From Amoebophrya sp. A120 (taxonomy: Eukaryota; Protista; Dinoflagellata), in assembly GCA_905178155.1 (NCBI GenBank), contig CAJINV010000009.1, positions 917,415-981,414 of the forward strand: a stretch of 64,000 nucleotides of DNA. The letters are read 5' to 3'. Below, in pieces: positions 50,201-61,700 of the stretch. The number at the start of each line of letters is the position of its first letter. Within the stretch, counting starts at the first letter, position 1. The position numbers and the translations under genes are program-made. Under the pieces are notes generated by a model, which saw only the letters and a program-made list of their open reading frames with translations, had not been told where the DNA came from and searched no databases.

Positions 50201-53200
50201 TGCTTGCGCCGGCTGCTTCTTGTTGGGCGCGGGCGAAGCTCGGACGCGGGATGACCTGAAGTGATAAATTACTTAGATACGAAAAAAATCATTGAAGACC
50301 TGTAAAGTAGACTTCTGATGAGCCCAAACATAGAATCAGACAGGGTGACGAGAGAATGAGGAAGCGAAGGGCAGTACGAGAGCGAGACAGAGCTGGAGTT
50401 CGGCAGCCCCATGTTCGGAATTTTCGCGGATTCTCGGTTGTACTTTATGCGCTCAACGCTCGTTTGCCGCTTTAGTGCTTGCGCAGCCTCCCTTGCTTTC
50501 TGTGCCTGCGCCGATGCCTGTTCAGCTCGCATGCGCCGTATTGCTTCCTTTCCTCGTTGCTCGCGCTTCTCTGTACGTTTGGTTTTCATTTCAGGTTATT
50601 TTTCGGGTACGTAGTAAATTGTGCCCCATGTTGCTGAAATTCTGACATGAAGAAGACAAAGACTCATCAGGGCAAAAGTATTTGCATTCTCTTTCACATT
50701 CGAAGTCAGTTCCTTTTCCTGCGTTGCCTCATAGTCATAACCGCGTTAAGATAAAATCTGCAGCACCTTTCATTTCCGCAGTTGACGCGGTCAGCTTCTT
50801 TTCTTCGATCTGTTCCAGTTCCTCCTCCAGATCGTTCGTATTGCGCATCACGTGGAAGCGGGTTTGTGACCAATCTACGTACCTGAAATACAGGAAAGCA
50901 AACTTCCTCGAAGAATGAAGGAGGTCCGCGCGGAAGCGCACGCGCCTGCAGCTCAATACAAACCTACCCAAATACTCAGCAAAAGGACAAGCCTGCGGCG
51001 CGACTCAAGCCAAACCAGAACCAGCCGAATTTGCACGCTGGCTTGCCCGGATGGAGTTCGGGCGACGCGGCAAATCACCCAAAATTGTGCGCATTTTGCC
51101 CAAACCCCGGGCGGTCCAGCCGTGCGCCTTTGGCCCATTTTTCGGGCGGCGCAACTGTGCGCATTTTGCCCACTTTGCGGGCGGTCCAGCTGTGCGCATT
51201 TTGCCCACTTTCGGGCGGTCCAGCTGTGCGCATTTTGCCCAAGCCCCGGGCAGTCCAGCTGTGCGCGTTTTGCATTGCTCACTTTTCGGGCGGTCCAGCT
51301 GCGCGCATTTTGCCCAAGCCCCGGGCGGTCCAGCTGTGCGCATTTTGCCCAAGCCCCGAACGGTCCACCTGTGCGCATTGATTTTGATTGCCCACTTTTC
51401 GGGCGGTCCAGCTGCGCGCATTTTGCCCAAGCCCCGGGCGGTCCAGCTGTGCGCATTTTCCTCACTTTTCGGGCGGTCCAGCTGTGCGCATTTTGCCCAA
51501 GCCCCGGGCGGTCCAGCTGTGCGCATTTTGCTCACTTTTCGGGCGGTCCAGCTGTGCACATTTTGCCCAAGCCCCGGGCGGTCCAGCTGTGCGCATTTTC
51601 CTCACTTTTCGGGCGGTCCAGCTGTGCGCATTTTGCCCAAGCCCCGGGCGGTCCAGCTGTGCGCATTTTCGTCACTTTTCGGGCGGTCCAGCTGTGCGCA
51701 TTTTGCCCAAGCCCCGGGCGGTCCAGCTGTGCGCATTTTGCCCACTTTTCGGGCGGTCCAGCTGTGCGCATTTTCCCCAAGCCCCGGGCGGTCCAGGTGT
51801 GCGCATTTTGCCCACTTTCGGGCGGTCCAGCCGTGCGCATTTTGGCCACTTTTCGGGCGGTCCAGCTGTGCGCATTTTGCCCAAAGTGCGCATAGCTGGG
51901 CCACCCAGCTTTGGGAAAAGAAGTGCACACGGCTGGACCACCACCCGTGATCGCAACGATTTTCTCCATCACAGGTGAAGCAAGGGCGTTTAATCTGGCA
52001 AAATGTCGTTTGCAAAGTTGTACCCGCTAGCATCTTGGCACATGACGAGATTATCCGCTTTTTGCCCCAACTGCGTCGTCTCCATCTTCTTCTTTGCTGC
52101 CTTCTCGCGCAACTCCATCAGCCGTCTCGCGTTGATCTCGGCCTGCTTCGATTTCGACCGCTCCAAGTCGAGCTTCCGCTCTTCCTTCTTCTTCCGCATC
52201 GCTAACGGCAGGGCCTCGTATGCTTTCGCAAACCGGTCCCTCTCGTCCTTGGACCGCTGCTCCTGTCTGTACGCGTCCACGAACTCCTGGATCTGTTTCG
52301 CCTCCCGAAGCTCTTCTGACCGTAGAAACCCCTTGCCGTAAACGGTGTTCGGTAGGGTGTCGCAAGAATTCAACCCCATGATGGAGCCGTCAATGGCCGG
52401 ACTCTGGTTCGGCGGAAACACGGAGAACTGCTTGCTGTTGGACTGCGTGAGACCGAGCCTCTCCTCGATCGTGTTGTCGATGGTGGTGGTCAGCCCAAAG
52501 CCGCTCGGGTTCGCGGTCATGTGGACGCTTTGGTCGTTGGCTGTGACAATGTATGTGACGGCGTGTCCTAAAAGCTCGAACACTAAACTTTTTTGCAGTT
52601 GCACTGCAAAAAAGATGATGCTGAAGGCAGCGACTGCAGAAAAGTGTTGTTTGACTGCAGAAAAGATGGAACGGACTGCAGGAAAGTGCTGTTTTCAAAG
52701 AGTAACGGATAACGGATCGAAGAAAGAGTAACGGTTAACGGATTTAACAAAGAGTAACGGCTAACGGCCTGCCCACCACGCCCCCATAGTGCCCCTATCG
52801 CATCTTTTTTGCAGTGGAGCCAATCTTTTTTGCAGTGGAGGCCAATCTTTTTTGCAGTGGAGGCAATCTTTTTTGCAGTGGATGCCATCTTTTTTGCAGT
52901 GAGTGCCATCTTTTCTGCAGTCGAGGACATCTGTTTGGCAGTGGAAGCTGCCAGCTCTGCAATACAGACCCGCCGCCCTCGCCTTCTGCGAAGCCGCAGG
53001 CGGGCCTGCCATGTGCCCCCCTGCAGTCACGTCTTGACGCAAGGCCGCCTGCAGTCGCCTCTTGCCGAAGGACCGGCTGCAGTGCCCCTTCGAAGAAGGC
53101 CTGCAACAATGAATCCCACCCGCAGGTAGGCCAACGATGGCCCCACCATAGCCGCCCCCCCTTGAAGAAGCCGAGATGCTCCATCTTGGGCTTCTTCCCT

Positions 53201-56200
53201 CTCGAAGCGGGGGCGAGCGGAGCCCTCCTTGAAAAAGGCGGGATCCCTACCTGGAAAAGGGAGGGCCCCTCAATGATCCGGTCCTGGAGAACCCTGGAGA
53301 TGGGAGGAGCTCCTTGGCTCTCCTGCACGCAGTTGAAGATCTTCTTGTAGTTCATGATCAGGCCTGCCAGCCTCCTCATTCCCGACGCCCACATCCCCGC
53401 AACCTCGTTGCTTCCCGATCCCCCAACTTGCGTCGCTACCCCCTTCCCTAGTCTCCTTCCCGCCCTTTTCTGTGTGCCCCATAGATTCCGCGGGCCCCCA
53501 GGATCTATTCCCCATACGAAACGCAAAAACCAACGCGGGCGAGATAGGGGCCCGAGCTACTGACGCAACGGCCCTCCTCTCAGAACAAAACGGCCAGCAG
53601 GCACAGACCTACTCTTTTAGCCCTTTCTACTAACTTGGGCGAGCCTGCGGCAACTCGCACAAAAACAAGCGGGCCACATGCTGTGACAGTTGCTGAGGTG
53701 CTTGTCGTCGTCCCCACACTTGTCGACAAGCGGATCATCTGCGGCCGCGCGCGGTCTGAGGTGCGCCCGCGCGCGGCGCGCAGCAGCCTGCGCACGCAGG
53801 CGCCTACGTTCGGCGCCAGGTGCCTCCAGGCCTCCGACATCCGGGCGCGACGCAGAAAATTTTTTCCCGCTCCCAGGCCAAGGCGCCTGCGCGCACGCAA
53901 CGCGCGATCGCTTTTGCCTCGGCCAGCCCGCGACACCTGGAAGCGAAAAAAAATTGCGTCGCGCCCTCACCAGGTTCTGGGGCCTGCGCGCGCGGCGCGC
54001 GAATAAATTTTCCCGGCGGCAAGACCCCGACTAGCGGGCGCGTAAAAAAAAATCTGTCGCGCCCCCACCAGGTCAGGGCGCCTGCGCGCGCAACGAACGC
54101 GCGAATAATTTTTTTTCGGCCAGCCGCCGACTGCCGGACGCAAAACAAAACTATGAATGTCACGCCCCGATCAGGTCAGGGCACGTGCGCGCGCAGGGTG
54201 GTAAAATTTTTTTCGGCCAGCCCCGATTGGTGGGCACGTAAAAAAAACTCATCGCGCCCTCACCAGATCAGGGCGACTGCGCGCGCAGCGCGCGAAGAAT
54301 TTTTTTGGGCCAGCCCTCGATTGCTGGACGCGCAAAAAAAAAATACGAATGTGGCGCCCTCACCAGGTCAGGGCGCCTGCGCGCGCAGGGCGCTAGAATC
54401 TTTTCTCTGCCAGGCCCTGACTGCTGGGCCGACGCGACAAAAAAATTGGCGGCCTCACCAGGTCAGGGCGCCTGTGCGCGCAGCGCGCGAAAATTTTTTC
54501 GCTTCGGCCAGTCCCTGATTGGTGGACGCGAAAAAAATTCAGCCGCGCCCTCACCAGGTCAGGGCGCCTGCGCGCGCAGCGCGCGAAAATTTTTTTTCGG
54601 CCAACCCCCGATTGCTGGGCGCCAAAAAAAATTATGAATGTTGCGCCCGAACCAGGCCAGAGCGCCTGCGCGCGCAGGGCGCTAAAAATTTTCTCGGCCA
54701 GCCCTCGATTGGTGGGCGCGTAAAAGAAACGCAGTCGCGCCCTCACGAGGTCAGGGCACCTGCGCGCGCAACAGGCGACAAACTTTTTTCGGCATCCCCC
54801 CGACTGCTGGACGCGGAAAAAAAAAGCATGCCGCGCCCTCGCCAGGTCAGGGCGCCTGCGCGCGCAGGGTGCTCAATTTTTTTTCGGGCAGGCCCCGATT
54901 GCCGGGCGCGACAAAAAAACTACCGGCCTCGCCAGGTCAGAGAGCCTGCGCGCGCAGCGCGGGAAAAATTTTCTTCCTTCGGCCAGCCCCTGTTTGGTGG
55001 GCGCGTAAAGAAAACTCAGCCGCGCCCTCACCAGGACAGGGCGCCTGCGCGCGCAGCGCGCGACAATTTTTTTTTCGACCAGCCCCCGATTGCTGGGCGC
55101 CAAAAAAAATTGTGAATGTTGTGCCCGAACCAGGCCAGAGCGCCTGCGCGCGCAGGTCGCTAAAAAATTTTTCTGCCAGCCCCCGATTGGTGGACGCGTG
55201 AAACAAATTCTGTCGCGCCCTCACGAGGTCAGGGCACCTGCGCGCGCAGCAAGCGACAAATTTTTTTCGGCCAGCCCCCGATCGCTGGACGCGAAAAAAA
55301 AAAATGAATGTCGCGCCCTCAACAGGTCCGGGCGCCTGCGCGCGCAGGGCGCACGCTAAAAATTGTAAATTTTCGGCCAGCCCCGATTGGTGGACGTGAA
55401 AAAAAAACTCTATCGCGCCCGTACCAGGTCAGGGCGCCTGCGCGCGCAGCGCGCGAACTAATTTTCCAGGCCAGTCCCCGATTGCTGGACACGAAAAAGA
55501 GAGTATGAATGTGGCGCCCACACTAGATCAGGGAGCCTGCGCGCGCAGCGCGCGAAAAAAATTTTTCGCTCCGGCCCGCAGCTACCGAAGCAGATCAGGG
55601 CGTCTGCGGGTGCGCAGCGCGCAACATTTTTTTACGGCCCGCCGCGGCCCTCGATTGCCGAACGCGACAAGGACATCGCAAGCAAGTACCAAAACAACGG
55701 CGCCTGTGCGGGCGCAGCACGCCGACTTTTTTTCCCGCTCTTAAACGACAAAACACCACACGCACACCATCACCACTACCAACGAAAGATGGAGCCGAAA
55801 TAGGTGCGCGCGGTAGGAAAAAGGCTTTTCCCGGCTCCGAGCGCAGGCAGAACACGAGAAGACGCTCGCGCCCTTCCGAAGTAAAAAGCCAAAGCGCGTG
55901 CTGCGTGCGACAACCATTTTCGTGGCTGACCCCCGGTCGCCCGGCTCGAAAGGCGCTGCGCATCTTCCCAAAGTGTTTGCGTAAATGGCAAAAAGTAAAC
56001 CGCCCCACTTACGACAGTTCCGCCGCATTCTGCCCACGGGGGCCAGGAAACGAATGCAAGTTTTTCAGCAGAGGCACATGCGCAACTGCAGAAAAGAACG
56101 GCAACTGCAGTAAAGTTATGTGTTCATTTTTTTAGATTTCCGAACGGTGGAAATCAAAACCATGAACACATGGATTTGAAAATAAAAAGGCGAATGGAGA

Positions 56201-56798
56201 ATACATTAGTTCGAGAACAAGAGTTAAAGTCAAATGCGTACAAGACCATCAACAGGAGCGTTGAGCCGTTGCTTTAGTGCTTACCCGCTGACAACACCGA
56301 TTCATGCAATTGCTGCAAGTTCGCGAGCTCCTTTTTAGCTTCGAGCAGCCGAATGAGCTTCTCCTCCTGCGTCTCTTCGTTCTGTTCCTTCGATTTCTTC
56401 TTCTGAAATTTCTCTCTCGTCTCTACCGCCCGCTTCTTCTCCTGCTCCCGCACCTGCCTCCATCGCAGCCCCCGTCGGTTATGGGCGTCCTTTATTCCGT
56501 GAAAATTAACCATCCCCATCCATTTTCTGCATCACAAACACAGACTTTACTACGTGTTTTGCAGGAAAAATTGGATGGGGATGGTTAATTTTCGGGGAAT
56601 ATCCTTCGACTGCCAAATTTGCTCCTCGTTTGGCGACAGGTGCAACAGGACCTGGTTGCTCTGCGTGGACGATTTCGAACGCGGGTTCGTGGATTTCGAA
56701 ACGAAGCAGGGCACGGACTTCTTGAAGGCGGTGGAAGAACTGGCCCGCTGCTGCTCGGCGCCGTGCGGTCCACGGTTCATTTGGACCGCTGCAGTCAT
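47215..56798 (-). CDS. Hypothetical coiled-coil protein, multi-exon, with two repeat-filled introns (3' exons tentative)
   Basis: Phase-consistent joins: QSKD-AHNRRG (introner 56493), VLSAG|HAVTY (GT-AG 56284-52568), ASG|YVDWSQTRFH (GT-AG 52023-50883) and EMK|EKREQRG. These are followed by the 48473-50235 exon and probably the 48200 and 47215 segments. Confidence 0.6.
51085..51945. repeat. 35-bp tandem satellite in 70-bp dimers within intron 50883-52023
   Basis: GGCGGTCCAGCTGTGCGCATTTT followed alternately by GCCCAAGCCCCG or (C/G)(C/G)(T/C)CACTTTTCG, about 23 monomers; the last two copies (51886-51945) are inverted. Confidence 0.92.
52697..52945. repeat. Short tandem repeats: 3 x ~26-nt AAAGAGTAACGG.TAACGG and 7 x ~21-22-nt ATCTTTTTTGCAGTGGA
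   Basis: Read directly at 52697-52768 and 52801-52945. Confidence 0.85.
53860..55720. repeat. ~95-bp palindrome-rich satellite, about 19-20 units, with ~478-bp higher-order repeat
   Basis: Unit CGCCCTCACCAGGTCAGGGCGCCTGCGCGCGCAGCGCGCGAAAATTTTTTTTCGGCCAGCCCCGATTG(C/G)TGG(G/A)CGCGAAAAAAA...; 54540-54795 recurs at 55017-55272 with the same diagnostic variants. Confidence 0.92.
56493..56601. mobile_element. Introner, family B (109 bp)
   Basis: TCCTT direct repeats at 56488-56492 and 56602-56606; 28/30 TIR TATTCC..GAAAATTAACCATCCCCATCCA; joins ORFs 56550-56798 and 56274-56519 in frame; can be read as GA-AG. Confidence 0.9.
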
Positions 56799-58784
56799 CC
56801 TTTCCGCTTACAATGTGGTCATATGGAAGACTTACCACGTAGACAAAGAAACTCAAATTTTCTCAACGCGGTCGATTTTTTTTATTTTATCGCTTCCGGT
56901 TCCGGCACTTGATTGCGTATTAACAAGAAACATTCATCAACATATGCTGAAGATCAAAGCAAACGCAAACCAACAATACGCACAAACACTAAAAAGGTGA
57001 ATCCTGTATTGCACTCCGATGCTGCTCGTAGCAGCTTCCACAAGCAGCTTCTACGCTTCTTCCCTATTTGCGTTTATCCGTCGGTACGTGCCCTCAAGTG
57101 AAATTTCAGTGCGTCGTCCTCAAGACAACGCGTTCAACTGGAGATAAGGAGACAAACAGTCGTGTCTTGTTACTCTTGAAAATGAGAACGCAGCAGAATA
57201 GAATTACGTGACCACGGAATATGAAGAACAACAGTTTGCAGAAAGACTACGTGGTGAACGCACGTGGTAGGCTTTGGCTTGCCGTCCGTTCCCCGGATTA
57301 ACTTCTGTTCGTGTTCGACGATGTGTTCTCGAATTCCTCATAGCTCTGTTGCAAAAGCTCGCCGTCACGCAAAGATCTTTGAAGGACGACTGCGATGAAG
57401 GCACAACACGAGCTAGCTAGCCCTTTCGTCCATTTCCAAAAGTTGCCAATACAAGCTTTCATATCCCCTGCAAGCAACAATTTTCCCGTGCGAGATCACC
57501 CAGACAAAGCAAACTTAGGCCTTGCACCGTGCCGAACTCGCGTTTTCGTTCGTTTTGATAGTGTGTTTTCTAATTCTAGCAGAATTTCTCGTATGAGTAA
57601 TAAGGAATCGGTAGAAAAGTCTAGAAGATCTGCGTAAGAATGAAGAGGTAGGTACAAAGAATGATGAAGCGCAGCTGTCTTTGGTACAACATAAGAATAG
57701 AAGAGAAGCTTTATTACTTCAGCCCGATGTAAACACTTATCGTGCGTATTTTTGTATTTTTTGAGTGCAAAACGAGTTTTGTAGCGATATATATATGCTC
57801 CTGAGTAAAGCGGAACTACAAGCTCAAAGTGTACAGTCGCGACAGCTCATTTTTCGCTGCGGATTCAAATTGCGCAGCAAGCATTGGCGTCTCCGGATTT
57901 CTGCACACGCTCATTGTCGCTGCTCAGTCGGAAGTGTCGCCAGCCTGCAACGCAATGTAGTCCCCGCAGCGCAAAGCACACGCGAAAAGGGAAGAGGTCG
58001 AAAACAGCACGCAGCCCGATAGATGGCGGCGATACGGGTGTTGCCCTTGCCTTGTCTCCGCGGGTGCGAGATAAAGCGTGCACGAATAAAGTGAAAAGTT
58101 GTGTGCACTTTTCATATTAATTTACAATTATGAAGATACAAACGATTACAAGCGGGATACGGACTTGCTTTTGGTCCTCTGGAGTGGCTCAATATATGGA
58201 AATTTATCATGATGGCTCCACGCACAACCATACTAGAGTAACTTGTGCATTGATTGAATTAGGAGCTCAAGTCAAAGCGCGACCCTCAAATAATTGTGGG
58301 CGCGCACTCCAGTGGTGGGCGTCAAATTTGATAAATATGACGGGAAAACGTCTGTCAGTAACTGCGCAGCCAGAAACTGGCAGATCGAGGTGATATCGAT
58401 AGACATCTAGGGGAAGTTTAAGTTTTCTACAGTACAGCATTGCATGCAAGGCAAGAAAGAGGTACACGTACACAGAAAGCACTTACGAATTCAATTTTCA
58501 TAGCTCGAAAAAATGATAGCAGAACGATTTTTACTTTGGAGTTGACTTGGTTCGCTGCATGAAGTGTGTCGGGAGGCTGCTCTTCGGCATGATCCCCAAT
58601 CGACAAACTTCTCTGCACTGCGAGGTTTAGATTTATGGTTGAATTACGCGGATGAAGCTGCAGCAAGTGCTGCGTGGTGCAGCAAAAGCACGACTTTTAT
58701 TTGATTTACTGTTCTACGAAAGGCGCTAGCGCTAGATAGTAGAATCGCTAGCGCTGGATACAACAACTAAGTTACTTAAGCCAT

Positions 58785-61700
58785 TTACGGAATGCTGGCT
58801 TCAATTCTCTTCAGGTCATCAAGCGACGGATTACGACAGACCTCTTGAATGCGCTCCGGAGTGAAGCGCCAAATTTCAGCTTGTGCTTTTTCCCCGATCT
58901 GCTTCCAAACCTGAAGGGGAGCAACCATTTCCATTACCATGAAATTTTTCGTTTTCGTCTGCATATGCATTCATTATCATTTGAATCAACAGCTGGAGCT
59001 GAATTTCATTTGCGTTGCTTATTGATATTAGGAGAACAAAGAAAAAAAGTCATACATGTGGCAGCAAGTTTTGGGCTGTGTTGTTAAAGATGTTGAATTT
59101 AGCCATGGGGTCCTCGATGTACAGCACTTCCGCCTGGTCCTGCTGCCCCCGCGGATAGCAGCGAACAATGTGCTCCATGTCAATGTGAACAGTCTGGTTT
59201 TGGTCCGTCAAGTTGGACAGCCAGAAGTAGAAGTTAGCGATGTGCTTCGGAATGTGATGCGTGGGCGGTTCCGGCGATTCCGCACCAACGTGCAACAGGT
59301 GCGGGTGCGTACTTTTGTAATGCGCAAAAACCTAGAGATATTGGATTTGCAAAGACGCATCAAAGCCACGCCCGCAGCATTCGTTATGACGTGACCGGGT
59401 GATGTCCTCCACTTGTGTGTCAACATGAAGATGAACATATCAAAGAAAAGAATAAAACAAAATCGCTTTATCTCGGCTGGATAATTTACCAGCAAAAGCC
59501 ACGACAAGCTGTTGAGACCGCCTTTGTAGGTGCAGTTCAGGCCTTCGCACTTGGACCAGTGCTTGACCGCGTATACGGTAGTTTTCACCACCGAAGCCGT
59601 ATGCCAAAACTGTTCCCGAATCATCTGGTCCCTCTTCTTCACCAGTGCCGTGGAGCTTAGGAGAAGTGCCTGCGACTGTTTCTGAATCGTCGCACGAAAC
59701 GCTGTAGTTTGGTTAATCGATTGCCAAGCGCCGGAAGGGCATATTTGTTTTTCATTGATAGAGCAGTAACAGTATTTACAAGCCGATTCGCAACTTTGCT
59801 AGTATGCCACGGTCATCCCTGCAGTGGAGCAGATGGTGATGGCCCGAGGAGCAGCTTTGACTTTATTTATTAGATCAGTCTACGTCTATCGCTCCGCAGC
59901 AAGAACGTACCAGGAGTCGTCGGATTGGTGCTCGTCCCTCCAGCAGTGGCCGTTGCGGATCCGGCTTCGTAGTTTAGGTTGAGTTTGCTGCTTGTGCTCG
60001 AGGAGTTTGTCGCGCTCCCGTCGATCTTCTCGTCCGCCCTACAACCCTCGGCGTCGCTGATTAGTTCCTGCTGTCCTCCGCAGCTTTTCAAACTGCAGTC
60101 CTTCGAGCCGGTTGCTGTGGATTTCGTCTGCGAAAAGTTGGACAATTCCAAGTCGTTTTCGATCATCTGAGTGCCGATCTGCAAATGCATCTTCTCCGAC
60201 GCGGCCAATTCCTCCTCGGCGGAAGCAGAACTCGCACTGGAGCACGAAGTGGCATGCGAGTCTTGTCTCACTTCCGGCGCCTGTTCGACACTAGTAGAGG
60301 TTTTGATATTTCCCTGCTGCGGCTCCGCACCAGACTGCTCGGGTCGCTCCCGTACGGCCGGAGTAGATGTGGGACTACTTAAGTTGCTTGGCTCCGTCCC
60401 GCCGGCGCCCAGGGAGGCCAATTCCACAGGGCCCGTTTTATTGTTCTTCGTCCTCGCGACTCGTTCCCTAAGATCTGCTTCCTCGTCGTCCTTAGAGCAT
60501 GTCCTACTTGAACCCGAGTCCACCTCCTCGACCAGTTTCACACTGCTAGTTTTCGTGCTCGTCATCACGGAGGACGTCTCGCCCTCCATCTGCGAGGCTG
60601 TTTCGTCGGCTTCTCGGCGCACGTCTTCCAATTCCTGGTCAGAAGAAAGCTGGAAGATGATCGGATGAATTGGCGAGTCCGCTCCCAGGTTGATATTCAA
60701 CGCTTCAAACTCCGCGGCGCTGGCGGACTGTTTTGCCATCGATGGAAGCGAATTACTTTCAAATGTGAATCATTCAAGTTGTTAATGCGAGGCATGAACT
60801 TTGATGCACTCCGAGTGAGTTGCAGAATCGAGAGAACTACATTTTCAAGCAATCATACCTGAGAATCCGACCCGGTGCGGAACCGAGCCACCCTCACGGA
60901 AATATCGAGCACGAGTGCCTCCTCGAAGACCAACTTCAGCACTGGAACCGCCGCCTGTGTGTGTGGTATGATAATGACGGACATCGACAGCACAGTTTAA
61001 CCTCAATGTCAATCTGAATATAATCTGCGAATAAAATGCTCATGCGATTGCGAAGCACATCAGAGTCAGACAGCGAGAAAATGAAAAAACGCCCTCTTGC
61101 TCATATCATTTCATCGAATGCTGTAGTTGCAGTACCAGAGGCAAGCAATCCTGAACGCGCCACTGCGGCAGGAGTTTCTCGTCCGTCTTGAACAGGTTTT
61201 CCAGCATGCAGAGCACTTCCCGTTGGAACTCGTGGTGATCAATCTCGGGAATGTTTTCCGACGACGCCGAGCTGCGGGGTAGCATTTCGAAGCACACGGC
61301 AACATCCAAATCTGACAGACGCACATGGGTTCCTTGTACGAAACTTCCAAACGGCTGGCAAGTGATCGCCCGTGTGTGGTGCTCGTACTTTGCACAAATG
61401 CGCTTGGCGTACTCGCTACTCCGCCGGCAGAAGGTCTGCTCCGCAATCTTACCAAGTGCGGAAAGCGACTCCTTGCACCGCGCCTTTTGCGTCTTCTTGC
61501 CAGAGGAGGCACTGGTCGTAGTATTTCCCCCACTACCGGAGGACGATGAGTTGCTGCTTTCTTTTTCGTTCTCTGGCTTCACGGTGGTATTCACAAACTC
61601 TACCAGTTTGTTGTACACGGGCTTCATTTCGGCATCGTACATGTCCCAGGGAAACCGTTTCTCGCTTTGTGCTTCGTCCGCGCTACGGGGGTTTGCCGGG

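Larger units (their letters stand above)
52568..56135. mobile_element. Putative composite TIR element filling intron 52568-56284
   Basis: Left CTAAAA....GAACACTAAACTTTTTTGCAGTTGC matches the reverse complement of 56101-56135 (21/25 in the core); ACTGCA(G/A)AAAAG boxes at both ends; no TSD seen. Confidence 0.5.

Noticed and set aside
51085-51890. CRISPR-like array (constant 23-nt repeat plus short spacers)
   Set aside because: The spacers are only 12 nt and alternate between two sequences; there are no cas genes and the context is a eukaryotic intron.
50915-52033. Long ORFs in all six frames over the 35-bp array
   Set aside because: They are an artefact of a stop-free tandem repeat lying inside a phase-consistent intron.
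53860-55720. CRISPR-like or integron-attC-like array of palindromic repeats
   Set aside because: The inter-palindrome segments are homologous to each other rather than unique spacers or cassettes, and no integrase or cas gene is present.
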